Assembly: GCA_964016885.1 (NCBI GenBank)
Contig: CAXHJY010001274.1
Location: forward strand, 62,001 to 126,000
DNA from: Eledone cirrhosa
Lineage: Eukaryota
Reading direction: 5' to 3'
DNA: 64,000 bases
In this document: piece after piece, positions 28,272 to 40,242 of the stretch
Layout of the letters: every line of letters begins with the position of its first letter
Position numbering within the stretch: the first letter of the stretch is position 1
Position numbers and translations under genes: made by a program
The notes under the pieces: generated by a model
What the model was told of the DNA's origin: nothing
Database searches by the model: none
What the model saw: the letters and a program-made list of their open reading frames with translations, nothing else

Positions 28272-28743
28272 ATTATTATTATTGCCAATATTACGACAAC
28301 ATGACCCTGCCCAAATATAACGAGATTTTTATATAAACTTTTTATATATATTTTTGTCGGGTAAATATCGTTGATAAAAGAAGATCAAAGGCAAATGTTA
28401 GTAAATTTTGATTCCTATTTCTATCGTTGTATTACATTGTTTGGTTTTGTTTTCAAATTGTTGTCTACAGAAAATGTGTTTAATGAATTATCTTTAAAAA
28501 CAAAATAACATGATGTCACTTACGATGTGGTTGATGATCTGATAACAGCGGCTCGTTTCTTTTAAGTATTACCCACATAGAGATATATTAACAAACATGC
28601 AGTGTTGTACATAAATAGACTCACACGAATATAAATATATATTACCTGTGGCTCCTATGTTATTAAAGGATTTTTTACAAGTTAAAACTTCACATTTATA
28701 CCCTATATTACTTCTAGAGTAGTATTTTCAACTCCTCTGATCT

Positions 28744-28794
<51 letters not shown>

Positions 28795-29154
28795 GAAGTA
28801 ATTCCATCGGAAAAGTCCAGGAAAAAAGAGTGCTCTATGTAAGCAACAGAGCTTAATTATTATTATTATGTAATAAACAACATAAGGCAATTATTCCATT
28901 TACCAGTGGTTTCTTAAAAGCAAAAGGTTTTGCTTTCAATCCTCAGAATGAAAAATCCTGGTTTGTTTATTGAATATGGATTCTAAAAACAAAAATGCAA
29001 TCTATATGAAAGTGAGGCTGGAAAAGGGAGAAGGAAAGGAAAAATAAAATAAAATAAAACTACACATGCAAACACACACAAAAAAACACAAAAGCATACT
29101 TACACACACACACATATATACACATATAATTTGCACGCATACACATATACACAT

Positions 29155-29218
<64 letters not shown>

Positions 29219-29275
29219 GCGTACACCTACACACACACATACACATATATACACACATATACACATACATATATT

Positions 29276-29319
<44 letters not shown>

Positions 29320-29492
29320 TATATATACACATGTACATATCCATACATATATATATATATATATATACATACATATACACATATATACACATATACATAC
29401 ACACACACACACACACACACACATGTGTGTGTACAAGCCTACACATACACACACACATATATATACACACACATATACATACATTCACACAA

Positions 29493-29542
<50 letters not shown>

Positions 29543-29596
29543 AGTAAGTATGTTTTGAAACAGTGAGCAGGTTTGAAATTAGAAATTAGAATAGCT

Positions 29597-29774
29597 TTCA
29601 CCGTATTTTTGACTAAAGGAATTTTAGACTGATAATCGTGTTTAGAACCCTCAGATAAATGGAAAAAGATGAGTATTGACGTACATGTACGTCAATACTC
29701 ATCTTTTTCCATTTATCTGAGGGTTCTAAACCCCATTATCAGTCTAAAATTCCTTTAGTCAAAAATACGGTGAA
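29597..29774. repeat. ~178-bp near-perfect spacerless palindrome
   Basis: Centre gacgtaca|tgtacgtc (29685/29686); ends ttcaccgta / tacggtgaa. Confidence 0.9.
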
Positions 29775-29794
29775 TATATATATATGTACATAGT

Positions 29795-30064
29795 GAAGGT
29801 GCATGGCTTGCAATCGAAAGATTGTGACTTCAATTCTCGGACCGGGTGATGTGTTGTTTTCCTTAAGCAAGACACTTTATTTCACGTTGCTCCAGTTTAC
29901 TCAGCTGAAAATGAGTACCAGCTACAGCTGGAGGTTTAACCCTGCGATGGACTGGCGTCCTGTCCAGGGGGGAGTCTTGTACTCTCAGTCGCTTCACGCT
30001 ATGAAACCGGGATAAGCACCGGCCAAATGAGCCGTCTGGCTTAAGACAGACTTTAGACTTTAGA
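29795..30064 (+). mobile_element. SINE family 2 with (AGACTTT)n tail
   Basis: ttaagcaagacactttatttcacgttgctccag..aaccctgcgatggactggcgtcctgtccagg..agactttagactttaga. Confidence 0.75.
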
Positions 30065-30070
30065 TATATG

Positions 30071-30107
<37 letters not shown>

Positions 30108-30109
30108 CA

Positions 30110-30600
30110 TAGAAAAAAGAGAATCAATGTTGCGACGAAAGGAATTTATTGGACATATTACAATTGTTTCTCGGGGGACCAGCTCGAAGCATGATCGATA
30201 TGTTGATCAGACCTGACTCTGAAATCTCTCGGTCGTCAGATACGTCTCGATTCTACGAAGCAGATTTTCCAATAGTCCTTTAACATCGACTTTCTTCGTT
30301 TGTTGATTTAGATCCTGTTGTTGCCATTCCATGAGTGGTCAAGAATTGTACACGTCACCAGTATTTCTAGCCACTCATGGTTGCCCACTTCTTGATTCTT
30401 CTCGTTCTCCACCTGTCAATCAAAATTTCTTCCTGTATCAGAATTACTACTGTGGTGGGAGAGGGGCTGTAATCTTGAACGGCTGGCATCACTTCGAAGT
30501 CTTCATGCATCCTAGGGGCCTTAGTCTACATCGGTCAGGTACACACCCGCAATTATGCTGTATGCGGCAGTCATAAATAATGTTTTGTGGGAATTTTTTT
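30110..30600 (-). mobile_element. Decayed Penelope-like 3' end with hammerhead and AATAAA
   Basis: Minus-strand hammerhead at 30154-30244 followed by AATAAA and (TA)n; the upstream frame reads ..LIDRWRTRRIKK.., resembling a PLE GIY-YIG C-terminus. Confidence 0.5.
30154..30244 (-). ncRNA. Hammerhead ribozyme with long stem II
   Basis: RC: cgtat-CTGACGA-(~60 nt)-GAAA-caattg-TA-atatg. Confidence 0.6.
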
Positions 30601-30914
30601 TTTTTTTAGACCATAGGGATATTTAGAGTAACATTTGTAGGACACAGCCTTAGGATACACTCCGCCATACATATTTCAAAAAGATGCTTCACAAGTATAA
30701 ATTAAAATGAGAAACCAACCTCATATCTAAGTCACACATGTACAAACTCACCAGAAGAACGTTTCGCCATTTTAGTATATATATATATATATATATATAC
30801 AAACACACACTAATTTAAGGTATCACAATATATATAATACGTATGATGATTATGTGTTTCTCAATAGAAAAGCTCAGTGGACATTTGCCCAGAGCATGAA
30901 TAATTCAAATTGAA

Positions 30915-31034
<120 letters not shown>

Positions 31035-31226
31035 GTATATCAGAGGATTCGTCCTTGGATAAGTTCCAATAGAGTAGAGAGTAGTTTTATATATGTTAGG
31101 ATCCGAGAGTTAGACCAAAACAATAGACAGCATGATGTGAGAACGTTTTAACTGTGGAGATAGATATAAATTTGTATTCTATACTCTATTGTACTCTATA
31201 CTCTATTGGAACATATCCAACGATGA

Positions 31227-31346
31227 ATCCTCTGATGATTAGTTTCGCGTCTCCCGTAGTTTTACCAAAATCTGGTAATTGATAGTCGATTATTTAGATC
31301 GACTATCAATTACGGTTTACGAACTATGAAATGGTACCATAAGTAA
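31227..31346 (+). ncRNA. Hammerhead-like motif with long branched stem II, weak stem I
   Basis: CTGATGA(31232)-tagtttcg...cgaacta-t-GAAA-tggtacca-TA; internal hairpin gtaattgatagtcgat/atcgactatcaattac. Confidence 0.5.
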
Positions 31347-31447
31347 ATGAGAACTTTTCCACCTTAAAGTACGTATTTTTTCCTAAATATTATGTGCTAT
31401 AAATATGTAGAAAATACCATGTTGTTCTCAAACGATATATGGCTTTT

Positions 31448-31479
<32 letters not shown>

Positions 31480-31512
31480 CACACACATATATCTTTTAAT
31501 TTGAAATTATAT

Positions 31513-31558
<46 letters not shown>

Positions 31559-31772
31559 TTCTTTATTTACCATAAAGGCATAAAAAGAAGGGACAAATAC
31601 AAAGGGGGAGTTTACATATAATCGAGTAAAAAGGGTGTAACATGAAAATAATCGAAAATAACCTCAAAAGGGAGGGGACGTGATGGGGGTTGCACACACC
31701 CCCGAAAAAGTGTGCAATCCTTTGCCCGGGGAGCACATGGAGAAGGTGCTCCCCTCTCCTTTACTTCTTTAC

Positions 31773-34700
31773 CTACAGGATGGTATACAGAGAAGGCCCA
31801 TTTACACGAGCCATTCTCGCCACTATCACCCACCTTTCATAAAACTGCCTGTGGCCAAGCACCTCTCTCTCCATTCTTATCCTTCTTCCGAAGTGATATC
31901 GGAAGAAGTAGACCAGACTATGGCCAGAGAGGAAGTTGCCTGACCTCAGACCTTTCAATCGTGTCCACCAAACAACCTCTTTCAACATGGCTATTACGCA
32001 CAGAAAAACCGCCTTTGCTTCCTTTGTGAAGAGGGGAGGCGGTTTGATTGTCATCACGGACTCGGCGGTCAATTTAATCGGCGCCACCCGCGACAGCAGT
32101 TGTTCGGCGTAGCCCCACAGATCAGCCACGCCCGGACATTGCACCAATGCGTGCGCTACGGTTTCTTCGTGACGCACGCATCTAGGGCAAATCTTTTTTG
32201 AGGGATCCCTGCCCGGGCGCCCGTGTCTGTAGAGCCTCTCTCGAACGGGTAGAGCCCCTCGGTAGCACTGCCAGGCCAGTGACTTCTGGAAGTTGTCCAT
32301 TGGTCCTGGGCCGAAAGTCCTACCGAACAGGCTGGCCAGTTCGTCTTCTTCCATGTCCAGCGACTCTCCAAGGGTGTCATCGCCCCTGCTAGCCACCAGC
32401 TCTCTATAGAATGATGAGGTGGATTCTCCACCGATGGCCCGGCCCGCTTGCCAGAGAGCCCTGAGCGCCTGAGCACACTCAGTGTGCCAGTCTCCCAGTT
32501 TTCCGGATCTTTGCTTGACCCAGGACTGTAGCTCGGTGAGTGAGACGAGTCTCGGAAAGGCTCGTTTCACGAACGGAGCCCACACCGGTTGACCAGTGAG
32601 GAATACCTGTAGGTGCCGTAGCCTTAATGCGTGCCTACGCATCATCAACCACGGCATCCCCAGCCCTCCTTTCGAAGGTTGTTGGCAGCAGATGGATCTT
32701 CTCACCATAGGAGGACGCTTCTTCCAAAGAAATTGGAAGAGCATGCGTTCCATGGTGGTGAGTGTTTCCTTAGGGCAAGGCACGACAGTCAGGCGGTAGT
32801 AAGTGACGGACGCTATGTAAATGTTCGCCACCTCCGCCCGGCCTTTTAGGGACAGCTTACACTTGGCCCATTTCTGGGTTAGTGCAAACACCTTGTTCGT
32901 AACCTCGTTCCAGTTCTTTTCCACCTGGAGGTCCGGTCCAAACCAGACCCCAAGCAACTTTACCGGGCCCTCCGTCCAGTGTCCGACGACACCGTCAGGA
33001 GGCATCGGTTTGCCTCTCCACGTTCCGAGTTGCAGCCCGATGGATTTTTCCCGGTTCAGTTTCGCTCCTGACAACCTTTCGTACTCCTCCAGTAAGGTAC
33101 CGATCGCCTCGATCTCCGAGTCGGTTGATACCATTACTGTTACGTCATCGGCGTAGGCCGACACCGCTTTGCTCAATCCTGGTTCCAGGGGGATACCCTG
33201 CAACAACTCCAACTTCCTCAGTAAAGGCTCGAGAGTCAATACGTACAGAAGGGAGGAGAGAGGGCACCCCTGTCGAATGGATCGTGTGATTTCGAACGGC
33301 TTCGAAAGGTAGCCGTTCACCTTGATCCTAGAACAGATGTGGTTGCTATGTAGGGCAGTGAAAACAGGACCGAACCCAGCCGCCGCTAGCACCGCATCCA
33401 GGTAACCATGGTCGACCCTATCGAAGGCCTTAGACTGATCCAAGTTGATCAGGGCCCCACCGAAGCCGGGTTTGTTGCCAACCCTCTCTATGATGTATCG
33501 CATGAGGTGGAGGTTATCGTGAATGGACCTGGATGGGATAGCACATGTCTGCGCATCTCCCACCAGGCCACCCACGACAAGCGCCAACCTCTTTGCTAAC
33601 ACCTTGGCCAAAATCTTTAACTCTGTGTTTAGCAGGGTTATGGGCCGAAAATTATTTATACTATCCCCCTTTTTCTCGTCCTTCCTCACCAGCGTGACTA
33701 CGCCCTTGGCTACAGAACAAGGAATTCTCCCGTTCTGCTGCCAATTGCAGTAGACCGCTTCGAGGAGTTCGGAGAAGAAGACCGGCATTGCTAAATAAAG
33801 TTCGTAAGGTATACCATCGAGACCTGGAGATTTGCGTCTGCTGCATTGGCTCAGCGCATCTCCGATCTCATCAGCCGAGATTGGTCCCTCGCAGGACTCT
33901 GCCTCTTTGTTCGAGAGACGCGGCAGGCCGTCGAGGTATGGACAGAAATCCACGCCCCGGCCCGGACCCTCGCCTCCCCCGAACAATCGGGCAAAGTGCT
34001 TTTGAAAGGCCTCGCACATCTGCTTAGGCTCCCGGATCACTCGTCCATCTTCGTCTTGCAACGACCGGATGGTGGATCGATTTCCACTTTTAGCTTCTGT
34101 CACGCGGGCCCATCCAACGGCTTTGGCCCCCTCATTACCTAGAGCACGTATTTTACTTCGAATGACGCAGCCTTCATGCTTTGCATCGAAAAACTGGTTC
34201 AAGGCCGTCCTCGATGCCAGCACTCTAGCCACATCTTCGCTCTTGATTGCCTCTTCTAATTTACCTGTTAATTCTTTCTCGTTTCTATTCCTATTGGCAG
34301 CTAACATCTTGCTATAACTTATTGATTCTGTTCTAATCTCTCTTTTGAGAGATGCCCACCATCGGTTGTTGACGATTGCACCCGTCAACCTCTCCTTAAC
34401 TAATCTGCTAATCCGGTTTCTGTAAGTCTCTTTTGCCGGTAAAGACAAATTAAGTTTCCAGTAACCGGGACCCTGTCTATGTGTTTTCTCGAGATTGACC
34501 ACGCAGGTCACTAATTTGTGATCCGTGTAGCCAACCGTGCGCATTTCTGGACAGCTTAATATGTCCCTATCCTTACTTCTAACTAAGAATCTATCTAAGT
34601 ACGATCTAGATTGACCACTGTGGTTTCTCCAAGTCCAGGTAGGCACAGTTGGAAAATCTAGTCGATATCTATCGACCAAGTTAAAACGGTCGAGTAACCC

Positions 34701-35198
34701 CTTGAGGCTGTTACACCCCCCTCTATTAGGACATGCTCCTGCATAGTCCCAACGTGCATCTAAGATGTCATTCCAATCCCCCGCTAGAAGCAGGGAACGC
34801 GACGTTCCCAGAAAAGTCTCCAAACGCTGGAAGAAGTCGGGCCGTTCAGCTCCGAAAGGGGAGTAGACGGCGACCAGTCTCAAGGCCGCACTTTCACTAC
34901 TGCCAACGTCTAGCACCAACAAACGACCCTCCGGGTCCGAGTGCACAACCTGTACGGCAAGACCCAGGTGTTTTTGCAGCAGCACGACAACCCCACCCCC
35001 ACCTCCAGGTTGACAGAGAGATGCATGCACCTCAAAGTCATCGAAGGTGGGGGCCAGCTGCCGCATGACGCTGATTCGAGTCTCACAGATAACCATTACA
35101 TTTATACTACATGACCTGAGGTCATTTAGAAGCTTTGCTTGCTTCCAAGTTGAGCCCAGGCCACGTGCATTCAAACATCCTACTCTTAACACATCCAT
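31773..35198 (-). CDS. ORF2: apurinic-like endonuclease + reverse transcriptase + C-terminal CCHC zinc finger (1141 aa)
   Basis: APE motifs CLNARGL, ICETR, VYSP, GDWN, YLDRFL, TDH. Linker GYWKLN. RT motifs SPGLDG, NFRPITLLN, DQSKAFDRV, QGCPLS, YADD, KLLGV. Zinc finger CPRC..ETVAHALVQC. Confidence 0.96.
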   Translation of the reverse strand: MDVLRVGCLNARGLGSTWKQAKLLNDLRSCSINVMVICETRISVMRQLAPTFDDFEVHASLCQPGGGGGVVVLLQKHLGLAVQVVHSDPEGRLLVLDVGSSESAALRLVAVYSPFGAERPDFFQRLETFLGTSRSLLLAGDWNDILDARWDYAGACPNRGGCNSLKGLLDRFNLVDRYRLDFPTVPTWTWRNHSGQSRSYLDRFLVRSKDRDILSCPEMRTVGYTDHKLVTCVVNLEKTHRQGPGYWKLNLSLPAKETYRNRISRLVKERLTGAIVNNRWWASLKREIRTESISYSKMLAANRNRNEKELTGKLEEAIKSEDVARVLASRTALNQFFDAKHEGCVIRSKIRALGNEGAKAVGWARVTEAKSGNRSTIRSLQDEDGRVIREPKQMCEAFQKHFARLFGGGEGPGRGVDFCPYLDGLPRLSNKEAESCEGPISADEIGDALSQCSRRKSPGLDGIPYELYLAMPVFFSELLEAVYCNWQQNGRIPCSVAKGVVTLVRKDEKKGDSINNFRPITLLNTELKILAKVLAKRLALVVGGLVGDAQTCAIPSRSIHDNLHLMRYIIERVGNKPGFGGALINLDQSKAFDRVDHGYLDAVLAAAGFGPVFTALHSNHICSRIKVNGYLSKPFEITRSIRQGCPLSSLLYVLTLEPLLRKLELLQGIPLEPGLSKAVSAYADDVTVMVSTDSEIEAIGTLLEEYERLSGAKLNREKSIGLQLGTWRGKPMPPDGVVGHWTEGPVKLLGVWFGPDLQVEKNWNEVTNKVFALTQKWAKCKLSLKGRAEVANIYIASVTYYRLTVVPCPKETLTTMERMLFQFLWKKRPPMVRRSICCQQPSKGGLGMPWLMMRRHALRLRHLQVFLTGQPVWAPFVKRAFPRLVSLTELQSWVKQRSGKLGDWHTECAQALRALWQAGRAIGGESTSSFYRELVASRGDDTLGESLDMEEDELASLFGRTFGPGPMDNFQKSLAWQCYRGALPVRERLYRHGRPGRDPSKKICPRCVRHEETVAHALVQCPGVADLWGYAEQLLSRVAPIKLTAESVMTIKPPPLFTKEAKAVFLCVIAMLKEVVWWTRLKGLRSGNFLSGHSLVYFFRYHFGRRIRMEREVLGHRQFYERWVIVARMARVNGPSLYTIL

Positions 35199-35231
35199 GT
35201 GGGCGGCAGAGCCAAAGGAGAGTGTAGAGAC

Positions 35232-36959
35232 CTACCTTTCCGCTTCCCGGGGTTCGGGTTGCACGACTTCCATGGGGTCGGGGGTGTTGGGTGAAGGGGT
35301 GTCTTGTGGTGGTGTGGGGTCGTCGGTGTGTGGTGGGGTTGGGGTGTTTGGAGTTGTGTTGGGGAGGGGAAGGGGAGGGGGAAAGCTTTTTAGTAGGACG
35401 CGGTTTATGGGTTTGACAGAGGGTGGTGCTACGTCCTCCTTAAAATCCTTTTTTAGTTTTTGGTAGAGGTTCATTGGGATTTTTATTAGTTTTAAATGTG
35501 GGTGGTTTTCTGATGAAACAAAGTTTACACCTTCGGTTTGTACCGAAGGATTATTGTATATGAGTTCATTTAATTTATTATTGTTTCTGTTGATGTAAGT
35601 ATAGTGTAATGTCTTTTTTTCCGATGGTGTGAGTGTTTCGAAGAGGGGAGGGGCAGGTTTGGTTTTGTTTGTTGCTGGAGGGGTGTTTTCTGTTTTGTTA
35701 GATTGTGTTGCGATTTGGGTGGGGGTTGTTTGTCCTTGTGTGTTTTGCACATGTTTTCTTTTTTTCCTTTTAATCTGTCTGAAGGACTCCGTTTCTTCCT
35801 CCGAATTCGTTGGGTTATCTTCAGTGTTGGAGGGAAGAGGTATGTTTGCTGGTAATGTTTCCGTGTTGGTTTTCTTTGTGGGGGAGATGGATGTCACTAT
35901 GTTAGACTGTGTTGTGTGTTGTGTCTGCGGTGGTTGTGTTGTTTTATTGAGTGAGAGGTTGGGTGGGCCTGTATTTTGTTTTGGGGTAATGTGTTGTGAC
36001 TGTTTGTGTTGTGGTGGTGTTGTGGTGTTACTGAGGGACGGGTTGGGTGGGACTGAGTTTTGTTGTTTGTTTATCTGTTGTGGTGGTGGTGGTGGAGCTG
36101 GTGTTGGTAGCAGGGTTTTCTTTTTGTTGAGTTGGGGACAAGCGGCCTTCAGGTGCCCTCTGCCTGCACAGATATGGCAGGACGGCCTTCTCCCCTCCAC
36201 GCTAATGTTTATATACCCGTGGTCCTCTAATAGGATTCTGTCGGGTATTTGGGCGATGCGTTCAGGCTTCATTTGTACTACCAGCTCTATACCTGTTCCA
36301 CTGAACGCATTGCCTGTGGTTTTCCCAATGGAAATCACGTTGTCATTCACTGGATCGATGAAGCCAGCTATGAGCCAGCAGTAGTCCACATCTGGCATCA
36401 TTGCATCCAGCCATATGCGTTGAGTTTTTTTTCCCATATAAGATGGATAAAAGGTGAAATTTTTCGAACGAATCGGTGACAAAGCACATTTTTTTGCCGC
36501 CGATTCGTTCTTCATGATAATTGCTAGGCTTCCATACAGTCTGTCTTTTCTTATGAAAGTTGTTTCATTCAGTACTTCTGCGAGTACTGTTTTGATATCT
36601 GCTTGAGAAGGCTGTTCAGGTTTTTTTGTACTGTTGTTGATGGTCCGAAACTTGACCGTTCGGCTTTCAATGTCTTTCGTGAATTCTTGAGGCATTTTTA
36701 CCAATAAAATACCATTCTCACCTTCACTTATGTATTGTTTTGCGTCCGTGATCCTTCGTACCACATCTGAAATGTTTTCCGCTATATAAGTCAAAGATTT
36801 CTTTGTTTTCTGTGCAAATGAAATCCTGTCGTCTGCTTTGTTTTCTGATATGATGTTATTTTCAACTGTTATTTTTTTGTTTGTTGTGTCTTTGTTTGTG
36901 TTATTAGTATTGTCATGCAATTTTTCAAATTTTTTTTTTTTTTTCGTTGTTTTCGTCAT
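35232..36959 (-). CDS. ORF1: gag-like nucleic-acid-binding protein with CCHC zinc knuckle (575 aa; true start may lie upstream)
   Basis: Long ORF ending 33 nt before the ORF2 ATG. Motif CHICAGRGHLKAAC (CX2CX4HX4C) followed by a Pro/Thr/Gln/Asn-rich tail, as in Tx1 ORF1s. Confidence 0.88.
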   Translation of the reverse strand: MTKTTKKKKKFEKLHDNTNNTNKDTTNKKITVENNIISENKADDRISFAQKTKKSLTYIAENISDVVRRITDAKQYISEGENGILLVKMPQEFTKDIESRTVKFRTINNSTKKPEQPSQADIKTVLAEVLNETTFIRKDRLYGSLAIIMKNESAAKKCALSPIRSKNFTFYPSYMGKKTQRIWLDAMMPDVDYCWLIAGFIDPVNDNVISIGKTTGNAFSGTGIELVVQMKPERIAQIPDRILLEDHGYINISVEGRRPSCHICAGRGHLKAACPQLNKKKTLLPTPAPPPPPQQINKQQNSVPPNPSLSNTTTPPQHKQSQHITPKQNTGPPNLSLNKTTQPPQTQHTTQSNIVTSISPTKKTNTETLPANIPLPSNTEDNPTNSEEETESFRQIKRKKRKHVQNTQGQTTPTQIATQSNKTENTPPATNKTKPAPPLFETLTPSEKKTLHYTYINRNNNKLNELIYNNPSVQTEGVNFVSSENHPHLKLIKIPMNLYQKLKKDFKEDVAPPSVKPINRVLLKSFPPPLPLPNTTPNTPTPPHTDDPTPPQDTPSPNTPDPMEVVQPEPREAER

Positions 36960-37346
36960 TTAATTTTTTCTCCGCAGATTCGTCCGTTTTTATTTTCATT
37001 TTTCCTTCCTTCTCTATGACGTTAGTTGGGAAGGAAGGGAGGACTAAAGCGTGCGAGCTTACAACTCTTACCGCTGTCCCCCCACCACTATTTTCGTTCG
37101 CTGCGTTTAACATTTCTGTTAGACGATTGAAATTTTTTACACAAAATTTTTTTTAAAACAGGTTTTTCACCTCTAGGAGGGGTAAAGATGAGCTGACCCA
37201 CCGCCTGACAGTTCAGACGGAGGGTCAAGCTACACAATTGTATCAAAATTAAGTTTGAACTCACAAAATTTCCTCAATAAATTTGAACAAAACTTCTGTG
37301 CGAAGTGAATGACATCCACACTGTAGAACAGACGACAGCTAGATTG

Positions 37347-37422
<76 letters not shown>

Positions 37423-37562
37423 TAGATATAGATATCTATATCTATATATGGATGTATACATTGATATGTGTAAATGTAGGTATGTGCTTCTGTGTATGAC
37501 TATGTGTTTATTTATATCTGTATATGTATGTATGTATATATATTTATATATATACATATATA

Positions 37563-37713
37563 TAGGAAAATCTTTAACCCCGACGGCAGAGTTTCGACGG
37601 CTATTTCTAGACTCGGGGTTAAACATTTTCCTATTACCCACTCTACTACCCTAAATATTGAGTACTCTGGTGCGTTATGGTCCATCTAGTTCCTTACCAC
37701 ACTTCCTTCGTTA
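37563..37713. mobile_element. Palindromic mini-element copy (opposite orientation)
   Basis: taggaaaat..ccccga...tcgggg..attttccta plus the conserved tail ending cttccttcgtta. Confidence 0.78.
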
Positions 37714-37906
37714 CATATATATATATATAATCTCCCTGGATTTCACTAAATTCTGTTGGATAAATCTATATCCTGATTCTTTTTGAATTGAGTTTGAATT
37801 ATTTTTCCCACATCTTACGTTAACTATTTTCCCATTTTGACGCTATAGTCACTTATATATTATGGAATACTGTTGGCTTCTTGCTACAATACTTTCTATA
37901 CCTTTC

Positions 37907-37958
<52 letters not shown>

Positions 37959-38001
37959 ATGATATTAATAAATGGAAACTATATTTATAAAACCATATTT
38001 A

Positions 38002-38058
38002 TTCTATTATATATATTTCAAGAGTACCAAAACGTTGGTACGCTCTCATCAGATAAAA
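38002..38058 (-). ncRNA. Minimal type I hammerhead (same family as 10405)
   Basis: RC: ttttat-CTGATGA-gagcgtacca..tggtactctt-GAAA-tatata-TA-atagaa. Confidence 0.72.
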
Positions 38059-38221
38059 TACGGAGTTTGTTTTATAAATATTGACATATCCAGGAATGAG
38101 AACTTAACGGTTCAAGTTTTACCTGGATAGTGTTATAATCTGTTACAAATATATATATTTGTTGAATTACCAACAAATTAAATATCCCTTTGCTTACCTT
38201 TTACATACATATATAATTCGG

Positions 38222-38276
38222 ACTGCCTGAAGAGGTCACAGCCAAAGATGGCTGTCACCGAAATATATATAGCAGT
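38222..38276 (+). ncRNA. Minimal type I hammerhead ribozyme followed by AATAAA
   Basis: actgc-CTGAAGA-ggtcacagcc/ggctgtcacc-GAAA-tatata-TA-gcagt-AATAAA. Confidence 0.82.
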
Positions 38277-38423
38277 AATAAACGAAGCCAAATTTTTAAC
38301 ATTTGACTTATTTATTTTATTTTATTTTACATTACTCCGGAGTAACCAAACCAACCAACCTGCGCACTTCGTCGAGTGCTCCAATCTGCATACTAGGGTG
38401 TTGGTATACAACTAACATATACT

Positions 38424-38522
<99 letters not shown>

Positions 38523-38823
38523 TGCGCGTGTGTGTCCCATTCTTTGGATCGACCTTTTCGGAAAATCTTTGGAACTTCTGTCAAAGTGACCGTTGGTCTG
38601 AAGTGAGTAAAGTGAAGCAAGTGACAGCTGTGGTATGTTGTGTTTACAGCAAGTCCAGTCAGGCATTCTCTCCTCCTACATCTCCTGCCTCCCTTTCCCT
38701 CCCAGTGACCTCATCTCTCACCGTAGATACTGTCCACTCAAACTAACTCACAGCTGAGTCATCTTCTTATATTGCTCTATCTCTTTATCACATCAAAACA
38801 CGGAACAGTGCGGAAATATTTAA

Positions 38824-38936
<113 letters not shown>

Positions 38937-39020
38937 CAGTCCCACCGAATGGCTAAATAATGATGGCGACGACGATTACAAAGGCCGAACAAAAACATAC
39001 TTCAATATACACACATTTAA

Positions 39021-39110
<90 letters not shown>

Positions 39111-39169
39111 GTGTGTTTGTATACAAATATATATGCATGTATATACATAGGTATATATACATACATACA

Positions 39170-39202
<33 letters not shown>

Positions 39203-39570
39203 GTGCACATATCTGTTTCATTATTATTTATTTTATTTTATTTGTATGTTTATACTCTATAACGACATCAATGAATCATATGATTGTTCAACCAAGTCTT
39301 TTTTTATGTAATTACAGCAGCATTCGCCATGTTGAAAATTACAGGCACACATCAATAGAGGTGGGTTTCCACCACCCTAACAGGAAATAGAAGGTTAAAG
39401 CACTGCTAATTTATTTCAATGCTGGCCATCACCTAATAGTGTCCCCTGCACAACGGTCAGTGTGAATGGAAAAGGATATATCAAGATTAAAATACAATAA
39501 GAAGGTTTAAAATAAGTAAAAAAAAAAAAAAATAGACAGCATAGAATATAACACAATGCACACACACACA

Positions 39571-39647
<77 letters not shown>

Positions 39648-39663
39648 GTGTGTGTGTGCACGT

Positions 39664-39723
<60 letters not shown>

Positions 39724-39821
39724 ATGTGTGCATGTGTGTGTGTGTGTGTGCATTGTTATATTCTATGGTGTCTATTTTTTTTTTTTTTTACTTATTTTAA
39801 ATCTTTTTATTGTATTTTAAT

Positions 39822-39866
<45 letters not shown>

Positions 39867-39869
39867 TGT

Positions 39870-39917
<48 letters not shown>

Positions 39918-40046
39918 TGTTGCTATACATGGAAAAGGGTGAATGGAAATAGAGATAGCAATTTCCGTTACTGGTCATTTGTAAAACTACACAAACAAAC
40001 ACCAGACACAAACAAATACTCTTCTCACTGTCTCAGTATATATATA

Positions 40047-40108
<62 letters not shown>

Positions 40109-40110
40109 CG

Positions 40111-40171
<61 letters not shown>

Positions 40172-40177
40172 GTATGT

Positions 40178-40242
<65 letters not shown>

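Larger units (their letters stand above)
31558..37346 (-). mobile_element. Full-length Tx1-like (L1 clade) non-LTR retrotransposon inserted in a (GATA)n microsatellite
   Basis: Two long minus-strand ORFs (ORF1 with zinc knuckle; ORF2 with APE-RT-CCHC). The short 3' UTR ends AATAAA-GAAA directly into (TATC)n. GATA tracts flank both sides (31513-31557, 37347-37420). Confidence 0.93.

Noticed and set aside
35629-36384. 251-aa plus-strand ORF and other ORFs antisense to the LINE copies
   Set aside because: Antisense shadows of compositionally biased ORF1/ORF2.
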